From Chiloscyllium plagiosum (taxonomy: Eukaryota): 64,000 nt of DNA. The stretch covers positions 18,683,159-18,747,158 of the forward strand of contig NC_057719.1 in assembly GCF_004010195.1 (NCBI RefSeq), in the 5' to 3' direction. Below the pieces are notes generated by a model. The model was not told where the DNA came from, did not search any database, and was given only the letters and a program-made list of their open reading frames with translations. Of the stretch, positions 38,295-50,469 are shown piece by piece (within the stretch, counting starts at the first letter, position 1; the number at the start of each line of letters is the position of its first letter). Position numbers and translations under genes: made by a program.

Positions 38295-38542
38295 ATCTCG
38301 GCTGTCACATGACCTATCAGCTACATGTTTGTCAATGTGTTCACCAGATTGTGAAATGGAACCTTATCTAGAAAGTGCATGCCCTGAGGTAGATGTATCT
38401 ACGCTGGTGGGGGATACAGAGAATTTTGTGGTGATGTTTTCTCTGAAAATACCTGAGGCATATCACCCAGGGTGGTTCTCAAGATGGAAGTAGAGCTGGA
38501 GTTAAGATTGCAAGTTTGCTTGCTGAGCTGGTGGATTTGTTC

Positions 38543-38582
38543 TCAGACATTTCATTACCATGCTGGGTAACATCATCAGTGA
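38543..38582 (-). ncRNA. Minimal hammerhead motif, family C
   Basis: TCA-CTGATGA-T-GTTACC-CAGCAT-GGTAAT-GAA-ATGT-C-TGA; ACGT palindrome apparently CpG-decayed to ATGT. Confidence 0.65.
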
Positions 38583-38909
38583 CCCTCCGGTGAAGAGTTG
38601 GTGTCCTGTACTGCTTGTTATTTATCTGTCTCGGTTTGTTGTGGTGGATGATATAATTTCCGGTTCTGTTTCTGAGAGGTTGGTAAATGTGGTCCAAATT
38701 GATATGATTGTTAATGGAGTTCCAGTTTGAATGCCAGGCCTCGAGGAATTCTGTGCGTGGGAATTTATATGGAACTCCATTAACAAACATGTAGATTTGG
38801 ACACCATTTACCAACCTTTTAGAAACAGAACTGGGATTGAAATCACCTCCTACTACAAACTGAGACAGATAAAAGACAAGCAGAACAGAACACCAATGCT
38901 TCACCAGAG

Positions 38910-38951
38910 CTCAGTGATGACGTTACCGAGCTTGGTGACGAAATGTCTGAG
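38910..38951 (+). ncRNA. Minimal hammerhead motif, family C, first core C mutated
   Basis: CTCA-GTGATGA-C-GTTACC-GAGCTT-GGTGAC-GAA-ATGT-C-TGAG. Confidence 0.55.
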
Positions 38952-39421
38952 TACAAACCTTCTAGCTCAGCGAGCAAATTTATAACCTGATCCACAATCT
39001 GAGCTACAAATCTTCTCCAAATTCTCAAACTGGAGTTAAGAGCTGGTTGTCTCCTCTTCTTGAGCAGGCCACAGCTGTCTGCAATGGGGAACAATTAGCA
39101 TTTCTCAGCAATGTTTCAGGCATTAGCCCTGTATGTCTGTTTCTCAATGGCAGACTGGAGGCCTCCTCAGTGGATTGCTGTGAGACTTTGATACAGGTTA
39201 GTCCCATTTATCCCTGGCTAATTTGGCAGCCTTCTCCTCCAAATTGGTTGAGGATTATTGTATTAGGTGACCTTCTTCAGTAATTTTCTCTGCAGATTGT
39301 CAGAATCCCACACTATCCTGAAACTTGTACAACATTCACAGCATGAAGTGACTCCCACACATACAGTCCACGTGTTCCATTTGCTGTTGACAGTCTTTAC
39401 ACTTGTATGCATACACTACTT

Positions 39422-39627
39422 TGAGGAGAAAGTGAGGTCTGCAGATGCTGGAGATCAGAGCTAGAAATGTGTTGCTGGAAAAGCGCAGCAGGTCAGGCAG
39501 CATCCAGGGAACAGGAGAATCGACGTTTCGGGCATTCCTGAAGAAGGGCTTATGCCTGAAACGTCGATTCTCCTGTTCCCTGGATGCTGCCTGACCTGCT
39601 GCGCTTTTCCAGCAACACATTTCCAGC
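39422..39627. mobile_element. PLE family A hairpin element, young, 14-bp TSD
   Basis: 77-bp arms at 39459-39535 and 39552-39628 with 2 differences; TSD TGCATACACTACTT at 39408-39421 and 39628-39641. Confidence 0.92.
39534..39569 (+). ncRNA. Minimal hammerhead motif, family A, intact core
   Basis: ATTC-CTGAAGA-A-GGGC-TTAT-GCCT-GAA-ACGT-C-GATT. Confidence 0.7.
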
Positions 39628-39795
39628 TGCATACACTACTTGATGTTCTTCTGAGTGTTACTTTGTGATGTTTACTGAGTGAGACTTCACCTTGCAAAGC
39701 ACAGCACATCTTCTATTGTTTTTGGGCACTGGACCCTGTTTCTTCCGTGGGCTCAACTGGCATTAACCTGCATCAGTCCAGCCCATCTTGGTCAG

Positions 39796-40358
39796 ATAGA
39801 GTCATGGAGTCAGAAAGCTACTCATCCATGCTGACCAGGTTTCCCAAACTAAATTAGCCCCATTTGCTTGCATGAGACCTACATCCTTCTAAATCTTTCC
39901 TAATCATGTGCCTGTCCAAATGACTTTTAAATATTGTAGCTATACCTGCATCTGCCACTTCCTCTAGCAGTTCGTTTCACGGATGAACTACACCCTGTGT
40001 GAAAAGCTGCATGTCAGGTTCCTTCTAAATCTTTCTCCTCTCCTGAAAAAAAAGCCCCCTAGTTTTGACCTCCCCAAACCCTAGGGGAAAGACCTTTGCT
40101 ATTCACCTTATCTATGCCCCTCAATCTCCTATTCTCAAGGGAAAAAAGGTCCCAGCGTATCCAGCATCTGCCTATAACTCAAACCTTCCAGTCCTGGCAA
40201 CATCATGGTAAATTTGTTTTGAACTTTTTCCAATTTAATAACAACCTTCCTGTAGCAGTGTGACCAGAACTGTGCACAATACTCCTAAAGTAACATTCTG
40301 TACAAACCGAACATGATGTCCCAACTCCTATACTGAATGGTCTGACCAATGAAGGCAA
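39796..40358 (-). mobile_element. CR1 LINE 3' part inserted in the Harbinger Myb exon
   Basis: FAFIGQTIQYRSWDIMFGLYRML; EYCAQFWS-like motif; GACTCCATGACTCT tail. Confidence 0.9.
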
Positions 40359-40619
40359 AGTACTGAGACCTTTTGCTGTAATCTCGGAGAAATAAGATGT
40401 CTACCTTACTTGGCCAGCTGAAGGAGCACCTGCATTGGCACATCACTAAACTATGGGGCCGATTGTCATCTCTGGAACACTGCACCCAGATAGTAGGTTA
40501 GCATTTAAGGTCCAGAACTTATTCATTTATCAAGGCTTCTACTCAGCTTTAAATGTGGCATAACTTCTCACCTTTTCTATTTCAACTCTCTTACTATAAA
40601 GGCTATTAGCCTTGTCAAT

Positions 40620-41480
40620 CATAGGATCATAGAGGTTTTCCAGAACTGAAGAAGACCATTCAGCCCATTGTGTCTGCACTGGCTCTCCAAATGAGCATCA
40701 TGACTTTGTATCATTCTTCTATCTTTCCCTGATACGCTTGCACATTGTTTCTAATTAATTAATTAACCGATGCCATCTTAAATACTTCCATTGACCTGGC
40801 CTCCATTGTACTTCTGGGCAGTGCATTCCAATCTGAATTATTTATTGTGTGTGCATTTCTTTTTTCACATTTGCTTCTTTTACACTTTAAATCTTTGTCA
40901 GGTCATTCCTGATTATTTTATGAGTGGGAACAATTTTTCTACTATCCACTCTGTTCAACCTCCTCATGAGTTTGAAAACTTCTATCGGATCTCCTCTTTG
41001 GAGAGGAGAATAGCTACAACTTCACTTATATGCCTTCGTCACTGAGATTTCTTACTTCTGGAACCATTTGTGTCGAGGTATTAATTGCTGTGCTTATTCT
41101 GGACAATAAGGACGTGATGGTTGCAATTCTTCAGTCTTCTGGCACCTCCCCTGACGCTCGGGAAGACTGAAGCCAGTGCCTCTGCAATTTCACTCTCACC
41201 TCCTTCAATATCCTTCACCCATCGTCTCTAGTAAACTTTAAGTACCAAAGGTCTATCCAATCCTGCTCTTTCAATTATGAACCCTTACGGTGACAGAATT
41301 TCATCCTCTGTCAGGAACACCTACTTCCTGGAAAAGACAACGTCAAAGTAATCATTTAACACTCAGTCATGCCTACTGCCTCCATATGTAAATCTCCTTT
41401 TTGGTCACTAATCTTCCTTTTACCACTCTTTTACTATCAATATGCCAATAGTAGGTTTGGGGATTCACCATTCTCACTTT
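40620..41480 (-). mobile_element. Old CR1-like fragments
   Basis: AGACCATTCAGCCCATTGTGTCTGC tail motif followed by degenerate ORF2-like sequence. Confidence 0.55.
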
Positions 41481-42163
41481 ACCAATTTTCATTTATTTAA
41501 CTTATTGAATCTATTAAGTTCCAGACTTTGATTTAGATCTGACTTTTATTGTACCTGTGGATGAGACAAAAAGATGGAAAGAGAGATTTCTTTCAAAAAT
41601 GGAGAGAAAAGGCAGAGAGGTAGGAGGCGAAGGGGCGCTGATTGAAATAAATTTCAGATCGCTATTAAAGATTCAGGAAAAGAAACAAACAGGAAAAACG
41701 TTGTTTTAGGGTTAAAGTGACAGAGGGAAAAGAGAAAATATAGACACTAGGGACTTTTCTAGTTGCTTCTTTGATGCTTCATATCCCAGAATGAACAGAT
41801 ATATGTTGTGAAGAGGAGGTACCAGTTTTTAGCATGCATCCTGAATCACAGAGCAAAGACATAACCATCAATATTGTGCATTATTTTTCTCTGAAATCTT
41901 GAAAAATTGATAACCCAGTTTAACTGAAACCAATTGTTAAATGGGGAGGTTTGCTACATTAAATCCTAACTACAGAGTAGATAGTCTCTTTCAAAGTGCA
42001 TTGACTCTCATAATGTAAATACAGGACAATATTTTGGAAGACAAATTTGCTCTAGTACTGCGCGCTTTTATTTTCTGTTATTCTTCTGAAGTACACACCT
42101 GAAATCATGCGTGATTTTTGTGTAGTATCATATCCCAAGTAATTATCTGCATTCCTGTTTGTC

Positions 42164-43433
42164 ATTTGCTGAAATTCTAATTATCTGTGTTGAAAATTTT
42201 ATTGTACTCTTAAGAGAGTTGTGATTTTTCACTAGAGTGCACTCTCAGAGAATTATGGATGCTGAGGACTCTTTGGGATTTCATAAGGGTCGACCACTGA
42301 TGGGCTCCCTTGGTTCTAGAAGAGTTCACTTGAAATAAGGGCTCTGAGAATGAATTCTTTGTTTAACCGCTGTGTTAGCACAGTGCCACTATGCCAATCT
42401 TCTGGGCATTACCGTTGCGACAGACCCTTGAATTAGCCCATTTGCCTCTTGGTATTTAATTAATTGATGTCATTACACTAGAAGGAAGCTATGTCTCGCA
42501 ACATTGTAATGAATAGAAATACGCTTTGTGCTTTTGGATTATATTTTCACTAGTTGAGTAACAGAAAAGCTTGAAGAAACCATCATTTATTTTGGTAATT
42601 TACAGTCAGTCAGGTGCCCTAAAATTTTGAAACAGATGCATTGTCATTTTGTTAACAGGGATAGAAAGAAAGTTAACAATAATCCAGAAATTGTCAAAAT
42701 GATCCTTTAGCAACTCTCAAGCAGTGAGCAAACCCTTTATACAGTATAGGAATGCAGCAACATACTTGATCAGAAAAGATTACACTCATCTATTTGGCTG
42801 CCTCAAAATGTAAAATCTATCACATCTCGCTCTGGGGTAGATTTTGAATTTGTGTTACAGTGCAAAATGGGTGATAGTGAATTAGCAACCTGTTTTATAT
42901 CTCCTGACTTAAATACAAATAAAAATTGGAAGAAGTATCAAATGAGTTGCCAATTTGCTATTGCTAGCTTGACACTATTATACAGAATCTAAATCCATCT
43001 CTCTATCTCCTCTATCAAAAGCTCCTTTCAACTAACTAAAAGGTCATTTTTAAATTCACTGGTTCAGTCTTCAGTTTTTTTTCTCAGCAATCTATGCAAA
43101 GTAGCTAAACCTTATAAGCCAATGAAACTGTGGTTGCTGGAAATCAGAAACGAAAAGAGTCATTGAGTTATACAGCACGGAAACAGACCCTTCGGTCCAA
43201 CTGTATTGCGCCAACCAGACATCTCAATCTGACCTAGTCCCATTTGCCAGCATTTGGGCTGTATCCCTCTAAACCCTTCTATTCAAATACCCAAGCAGTT
43301 GCCTTTTAAATGTTAGGTAAAAACAAGGACTGTAGATGCTGGAAACCAGAGTCTAGATTTGCTGAAATTCTAATTATCTGTGTTGAAAATTTTATTGTAC
43401 TCTTAAGAGAGTTGTGACTTTTCACTAGAGTGC
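42164..43433 (+). repeat. 77-bp direct repeat (42164-42240 and 43357-43433), second copy inside a PLE hairpin
   Basis: ATTTGCTGAAATTCTAATTATCTGTGTTG...TTCACTAGAGTGC, 1 mismatch. Confidence 0.95.
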
Positions 43434-43700
43434 TGCTGGAAAAGCACAGCAGTTCAGGCAGCATCCGAGGAGCAGGAAAATCAACACTTCGGGCAAAAGC
43501 TCTATTCCTAATGAAGGGCTTTTGCCCGAAACGTCGATTTTCCTGCCTTTTAAATGTTGTAACTGTGCCAGCCTCCACTACTTGCACCTCTAGGTCTCTT
43601 TGTTTGGCAATACTTGCTAGGGCCCTATCATTAACTGTACAAGTCCTGCCCTGGTTTGCCTTAGCATTATGCAACACTTCCCCTTATCAAAATTAAATTA
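43157..43700 (-). mobile_element. CR1 3' end with internal deletion, within a PLE family D remnant (43120-43810)
   Basis: TACAGCACGGAAACAGACCCTTCGGTCCAA...; VLHNAKANQGRTCTVNDRAL. Confidence 0.85.
43315..43543. mobile_element. PLE family A hairpin with 15-bp TSD and a captured 77-bp host segment
   Basis: TSD TGCCTTTTAAATGTT at 43300-43314 and 43544-43558; hammerhead variant CTAATGAAGGGCTTTTGCCCGAAACGTC at ~43508. Confidence 0.9.
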
Positions 43701-44347
43701 AATTGCTGGGAAAACTCAGTTGATCCGGCAATAACATTAACTCTGCTCTCTCCACATAGATGCTGCCAGACCTGCTGAGTTTTTACAACAAATTTTGTTT
43801 TTGTTTTTGAACTATATCTTCCTATCACTTATGTCAAACAGACTATGAGAATTCAACTTATTTATACCAACTGATTCTTGTATATTCATTTACATCTCCC
43901 GTAAACCATGTTTTGGCTAGTGTAAATATTATCAGCTTTTTTTAGTTTCTCCTGTTAGTTCAGATACCTCATTCCTAGTATCAGCTTCATTATCCTCTTC
44001 TCTACATGCTCCAGTCAAACTCACAGCTCCATCTATTTACTGTGACCTTGACATGGTGCCTTTGTACATTTCATTCGTACTTTTTCCCTTTCATTAATAT
44101 TAAGTAACCTATTAGTTTAGGTGTGGAATGGATAATTTTGTTATTAAAGTGCTTCAGGAGATTAAAAAAAAAACCCTTAAACCATCTCAGACAAAACAGA
44201 AAATGCAGGATATATTCAGGTTGGATATCATCTGTGGGGAAAGAAGTAGTGTTAATATTTCAGAACTAATAAAAATTCATTGACTGAAACAACGCTATTC
44301 GGCTTGTTGAACATTTCCAAAATTTTTATTATTTAGATGGAGCATTG

Positions 44348-44723
44348 GCTGAGGGATGATGTTATAGAGATTTATAAAATCATGTGGGACATGGATAGGG
44401 TGAATTGCCAAGTTCTTTCCCCAAGGTGGGCTTGTCCAAAACTAGGCATAGGTTTAACATGAGAGGGGAGAAGGGACCGAAGGGCAACTCTTTCACCCGG
44501 AGGGCGGTGCGTCTATGGAATGAGCTGTCAGAGGAAGTGATGGAGATTGGTACAATTACAACATTTAAAATGCATCTGGATGGGTACAAGAATAGGAAGG
44601 GTTTAGAAGGATATGGGCCAAATGTTGGCAAATGGGACAAGATTAATTTAGGATACTTGATTGGCATAGACGAGTTGGACTGAAGGGTCTGTTTCCGTGA
44701 TTTATATCTTTATGACTCTATGA
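44348..44723 (+). mobile_element. CR1 LINE 3' end
   Basis: FTRRAVRLWNELSEEVMEIGTITTFKMHLDGY; TATGACTCTATGA tail. Confidence 0.93.
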
Positions 44724-45072
44724 CAGTGCAGGCAGTATTTTGTTTTAACCATGTGCAGGTAAAACCTTTTGCTTTCAAATTGATTGAAATCCTGACTTGA
44801 GTAAAAATCCTGACATTGTAAATATGAATGAATGAAAAAGAGCAGAAGTAGACCATTCAGTGCTTTCAGTTAGCTCTGCCATTCAGTAAGATCGTGGCTA
44901 ACCTGGTAATGTTTCCAAATCCATGTGCACATTTGAACCCAATAACCTTTGATCCGTGCCTAAGAAGAATCTCTCCACTTCTGACTTAATAATATTCAAT
45001 GACCTTGCCTCCACAATCTTCTGAGGCAGAGATTTCCAAAGTATAAATAATACAAAGTTAAAATTGGGAAGT

Positions 45073-45341
45073 CATGGTGGCATGTGAGAATGGCACTACA
45101 TTAACATGGATAATTTAAAAAAAAATCTTCATATTCCTTCCACCATCCAAAGATGTGCAGGTTGGGGTGGATTTGTCATGCTGAATTATCCATCTTACCA
45201 AGGATGTGCAGGCTAGGTGATGGGAAATGTGGGATTACAAGGATGGGGTGGGTCTTTGTGGGCTGCTTTTTAGAGGATTAGTGTGGACTTGATGGGCCAA
45301 ATGGCCTGCTTCTGCAGTGTAGGCATCCTACAATTCTATGA
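45073..45341 (+). mobile_element. Decayed HE1-type SINE
   Basis: TCCAAAGATGTGCAGGTTGGGGTGGATT...GATGGGCCAAATGGCCTGCTTCTGCAGTGTAGG. Confidence 0.75.
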
Positions 45342-45789
45342 TATTGACTGGATAAATCAATGACAAGGAAGATGATTATCGAGAGAGCATCGGAATTGCT
45401 TTTTACAGCAGTATGTTTCAGAAACTCGCTGGAAACAGGCAGTTTCAGAATGTGTGACATGTAATGATGTAGGATTAAACCAAAATCTTGTGGTTAAGGA
45501 TTTTCTTGGGGGTAGCAATTACAACATATTGGAACATTAAAATTCAGTTTTTGGAAAAGTGACTTCGGAGCAACTTTCAAACAAATCTCTTTAACTTTAG
45601 TAAGGGCAAATAGTGTGGTGTGAGAAAGTATAATGTAAAACTGGCTGGGAAAATAGATTAAGGGGCGTGTCACTTGATGAGCATTGGCAGACATTTAAGT
45701 TAATGTTTCATAATGGTCAGCAAAAGTTTACTGCAGTCAAAAGGAAGGACTCGATGAGATGAGATGAACAACCCATTGTTAACAAAGGT

Positions 45790-48535
45790 GTTTAGGGAGA
45801 GTATCCAATCAAAAACAAAGCGTACAAAGCATTGAAGATTAGTGGTAGGGCAGAAGTTTGGGAATTTCTTTTAGGAATCAATAGCGGATGACTAAAAGGT
45901 AACGAAGAGGGACAAAATTTATTATGCGAGTAAATTGGAAAGAAGTATAAACTCAAGTAAAGGAGCTTCAACAGATATGTGAAAAATGAAGGAAATAGCT
46001 AAACTAAATGTTAGAACCTTACAGGATGCAACGGGGGAATTGATAACACGGAATAGAGAAATGGCAGATAATTTAAACTAATATCTTGCACTGGTCTTCA
46101 TGGTGAACACCTCAAAGATAATAGATAAGCAAGGTGCTAATTGAAATCAAAGGCCTCATAACAATCTCTACCACAAATACTTGACGAACCAACAGAACTA
46201 AAAACAGAAGTTATCAGGATCAGATGGCTTACATCTAATGGTTTTAAAACAAATTGTTGCAGGGATAGTAGATGCTTTAGTCAAAATATTTTAGAACTGA
46301 TTGAATTCCAGGAGGGTTCCAGTGCATTGGAAAACTGCTAAAATGAGGCCTCCTGTTTAGGAAGGGACTGAGACAGAAAGTAGGAATCTATAGGATAATT
46401 AGCCTAACATTTGTCAGAGGGAAAATGCTAGAGACCATTATTAAGGAAGAAATAGAGGAACATTTAGAAAAGCTTAATAGAATGAAAGGGAATCAACATA
46501 ATTTTGTGAAAGGAAAATCATGTCTGACGTAAGTCTTGAGTTATTTGAAGATGTAAGAAGCAGAGCTGATAAAGGAGAACCAATAGATGTAGTGCATTTT
46601 GATCTTCAGAAGGTGTTTGATAATTACAAGCCAGGACTGGGGCAATGTATTAGCATGAATCAAGAAGACAGATCTTCTTCAGGTTCAAATGACATAACAA
46701 GTGGAAAATCACAAGGATCAGTTCTAGTGCCTCAATTACTTACTAGCTATATTAATGAATTGGAGAAAGAGGCAGAGTATAAAGTCTCCAACTTTGCTGA
46801 TGAGTGAAAAATAAATGGAAGAGTATGTTTTGTGGTGAAGACATTAAAAATTTGCAAAGGGGTATAGATAGGTTGATTGAGTGGACAAAAACCTTGGATT
46901 AATATAGGAAGCAAAAGACAGACTATTATTTAAATAGAAAGAGAATCCAAAACTGCAGTACAAAGGACTGTCTGCATGAAACTTAAATAGTTAGCATGCA
47001 GGCACAACAAGTAATTAAGAAGGCAAATGGAGTTTTGGCTTTTGGAAGTTAAAATTGGGGAAATCCTGTTGCAACTGTACAGAGTATGGGTAAGGTCATA
47101 ACTGGAGTACTGTTACAGTTTTGGTCCCTGTTTCTAAAAAGAAGGATGTACTGGCTTTGGAGTCATACATTCATAGAGTCATAGAGATGTGGAAACAGAC
47201 CCTTCGGTCCAACTCGTCTATGCCAACATATCCCAAACTAACCTAGTCTCATTTGCCAGCACTTGGCCCTATCCCTCGAAATCCTTCCTATTCATATACC
47301 CATCCAGATGCCTTTTAAATGTTGCAATTGTACCAGCCTCCACCACTTCCTCTGGCAGCTCATTCCTTACACGCACTACCCTCTGTGTGAAAAATGACCC
47401 CTTAGGTCCCTTTTATATCTTTCCCCCTCACCCTAAACCTATGCCATCTAGTTCTAGACTCCCCCACCCCAGGGAAGAGACTTTATCTATTTATCCTATC
47501 CATTCCCCTAATGATTTTGAAAACCTCTATAAGGTCATGTCTCATTCTTCGGCGCTCGAGGGAAAACAGCCCCAGCCTATTTAACCTCTCCCTAAAGCTC
47601 AAATTCTCCAACACTGGCAACATCTTTGTAAATCTTTTCTGAACCATTTCAAGTTTCATAACATCCTTCCAAAAGGAAGGAGACCAGAATTGCACGCAGT
47701 ATTACAAAAGTGGCCTAACCAACGTCCTGTGCAGCGCAACTTGACGTCCTAACTCCCGTACTCAATACTCTGACCAATAAAGGAAAGCATACCAAATGCC
47801 TTCTTCACTATCCTATCTACCTGCGACTTTACTTTCAAGGAGTTATGAACCTGCACTCCAAGATCTCTTTGTTCAGTAACACTCCCCAAGACATTACCAT
47901 TAAGTGTATAAATCCCTGCTCTAACTTGCTTTTCCAAAATGCAGCACCTTGCATTTATCTAAATTAAACTCCATCTTCCACTTCTCAGCCCATTAGCCCA
48001 TCTGATCAAGATCCCATTGTAATCTGAGGTAACCTTCTTTGCTGTCCACTACACCTCCAATTTGATTTAGTAGGCTGGTTCCAGCGTGCAGGGGTTGAGT
48101 TATCAAGAATGACTAAACAGGTTAGGCCCTTATTCAGAAGGATGAAGGATGATCTTACTGAAATACACAAGATGCTGAGGGTCTTGACAGGATAAATGCT
48201 AGAAACAGTTTCCACTAATGATGGAGTCCTGAAAAAGGGGCATAAAGGGGTGTTATGGAATAAAGAGGCACTCATTTAAATCAGAGATGCAAATGAAGTC
48301 TTTCCTCCAAGACAGTAGTGAGTGTATGAAATTCTCTACCCCAGAGAGCTGTAGAGACCAGATCACTGACAGTTTTGAAAGAGGAGGTGGACAGATTTTG
48401 AAATTATCGGGGAGTTGGTGATACTGATAAGCTGGCCTGAAGGGGAATTGAGGCCTGGGACAGATAAGCCATGATCTTGTTGAATGGCGGGGCAGGTTTG
48501 TGGTGCTGAATGGTCAAATTCTGCTCCTATTTCTG
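45790..48535 (+). mobile_element. Old CR1 LINE (ORF2 remnant plus 3' end) split by a younger opposite-strand CR1
   Basis: LELFEDVRSRADKGEPIDVVHFDLQKVFD and QGSVLVPQLLTSYINEL...SNFADE; resumes at ~48068 and ends CTGCTCCTATTTCTGATG. Confidence 0.88.
47160..48062 (-). mobile_element. Younger CR1 LINE, 5'-truncated
   Basis: EQRDLGVQVHNSLKVKSQVDRIVKKAFGMLSFIGQSIEY and VQFWSPSFWKDVMKLE; same family as 15014. Confidence 0.96.
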
Positions 48536-49964
48536 ATGTTTATATATTCTTGTTGCCATTATTTGCCAACATTGTGTCATTTTATTTTACCAGGCTCTGT
48601 AATGATGTTAAAACAGATTTCAACATAACTCAAGCTAAAATGATGAAAGGGCCATCTCTCAGTGTGTGAGGCCACAACCGATTTGCAAGTGGGCATACAT
48701 TCACTATACTAACTATCCATAATTCATGCGCAAATTGATACTGAATTTAGAACTGGCTCAAGATAACTCATGTGGCAAATTAAGTGAAAGAGGGAGCAGC
48801 TCTGCCCATCTGGTTCCCTCTTAGGCTACTTGAAGCAATCATCTCACTAATAAACTTGGATGAGAGCCGTAGGTTTCTAATCCCCAATGTTTACAGCTAC
48901 GTTGAAAGAAGCTTCATTCATTTGATTCCGTTGTCTCCAGTGCCATTTTGTAACTAGGCTATTGTAGTTCAGTGGAAAGCTGCCATGATTTAACTATTAG
49001 ATTCAGAGGATCAAAATTTTGTGTCCAGTGGGTTTGAATGATGCTTCTTGGCATTTTTAGCTGTTATTTATCGTCCCTGATTAAACAATCGATTATAAGA
49101 GATAAAACTGTCACAAAAATGAAAAATGTTTCCTTGGATCAAATCACACAGAAACCCTTCCCAATTCAAAGTGCCAAAATGGCTCTAATTCCTCATAATG
49201 GGAACTCAGAAGGGCAGAATGAAAAGTTTTGTAGTAAATCACCACAAATGCATTGAAAAATAGAGATTTACTGACAGTGATTGGCATAATGCTGTTTAGT
49301 CAAAAGACTACTTTATATCTCGGGGAGTATGGGTAACATCAGTTATGTACTGTGCATACTTATTCATCAAAGAAGTGTGACCCTATTCAGTGTCATACGA
49401 AGAGACCATGTAGATGGTCCTATTCTCGTCAACCATTGTTAATTTTTCTACTATATATGATGTTATTTTCTTGGCTGATAAATTACCATGATCTCAGCAT
49501 TGCAGAGTCACCACTCAGAGTATTGCTGATAATTTCATTTAGACCAAATTAACATTTTTTCTGTCTGCTTAAAGCTAAAAAAAATTCAGAGCAACCCATT
49601 ATGTCCTGAATGAGATGTCATCTTCAATTTACGACGTTGAGCTAAATTAATTTACCACTCTTATTCAAAAATCCATTCAGAGTGTGCCCTGCAAAATAAT
49701 AGCTTAATAGACCAACTTATTACAAGTAATGGTGTATTTTTCAAATCGTAATTAGCAGTCTTAAGTAAATACAGACCATTTAATCACACACTCAACGATG
49801 GGGAACACATAGAGATAAAGATAGGAAGCTAAACTCTACCTAAGAGCTGAAATTTTAGCCATTATTTATTTTAGCAGAAAAACTCGAGATACACTAAAAA
49901 AAGTAGAGAAAAAAATACATCAATGTCTAAGTCAATATTCATTGCTCAAATGACAACCTAACCA

Positions 49965-50135
49965 CTTGATACTTATCACATTACTGTTTGTAAGGCCTTG
50001 CTGCGCAGACTCACTGCCGCATTTCTTACATTATAACAGCGATTGACCTTCAAAAGAGTACCTCATTGGTTGTAAAAGTGTTTGGCACATGATTCTGAGG
50101 TCATGAAAGTCATTATAAAAATGCAAATCTTTCTT
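49965..50135 (+). mobile_element. Deu-domain SINE 3' fragment
   Basis: TTATCACATTACTGTTTGTAAGGCCTTGCTGCGCAG...CTCATTGGTTGTAAAAGTGTTTGG. Confidence 0.7.
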
Positions 50136-50469
50136 TTTTGCACTTTATAAAAAAAATTCCTGCCGATCCAGAAATGAATTAAAACGTTAGCAAAGAGTAA
50201 GAGAAAAAAAACAATAATTGCACACAATTAATGAGAGGACTCTTACCTTATCATGAAACGACGCACTCAAATGAAAATTAAATAGTCTGGATTTTGCAGC
50301 CAGTAGCAAAGCAAGTTCACTCACCACAGACTTCAAAGAAATCTGAATGTTTCCTTCCCTGGTGGGAGTTTGAATCTGGTGTCAACTCAAGGGAATGTTC
50401 TCCTGAACAATTGGGAACATCCATTACATTGAGTTTAACCTTTAAAGGTTGAGACTGAGAATCTAAAGA

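Larger units (their letters stand above)
38508..39029. mobile_element. Penelope-like element, family C, inverted terminal structure with ORF C-terminus and 12-bp TSD
   Basis: EFLEAWHSNWNSINNHINLDHIYQPL on - and WNSINKHVDLDTIYQPF on +; ~250-bp inverted arms; TSD CTGGAGTTAAGA at 38496-38507 and 39030-39041. Confidence 0.9.
35740..40490. mobile_element. Fossil PIF/Harbinger transposon 2: transposase on + (~35740-36700), Myb/SANT gene on - (~37600-40490)
   Basis: + strand QDSTGEMRG, GFPQCEG..DCTCV, FII*KGFHYIMVCD (~36045-36085), TIGFCCTTNKLIQQMGD. Minus strand SAP*FSDVPMQVLLQLAK (~40410-40460) and TKMGW..QVNAS*AHGRNRVQCPKTIEDVLCFAR (~39690-39795). Confidence 0.8.

Noticed and set aside
37894..38493. 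199-aa ORF
   Set aside because: Antisense to the decayed Myb gene and lengthened by the 91-bp duplication.
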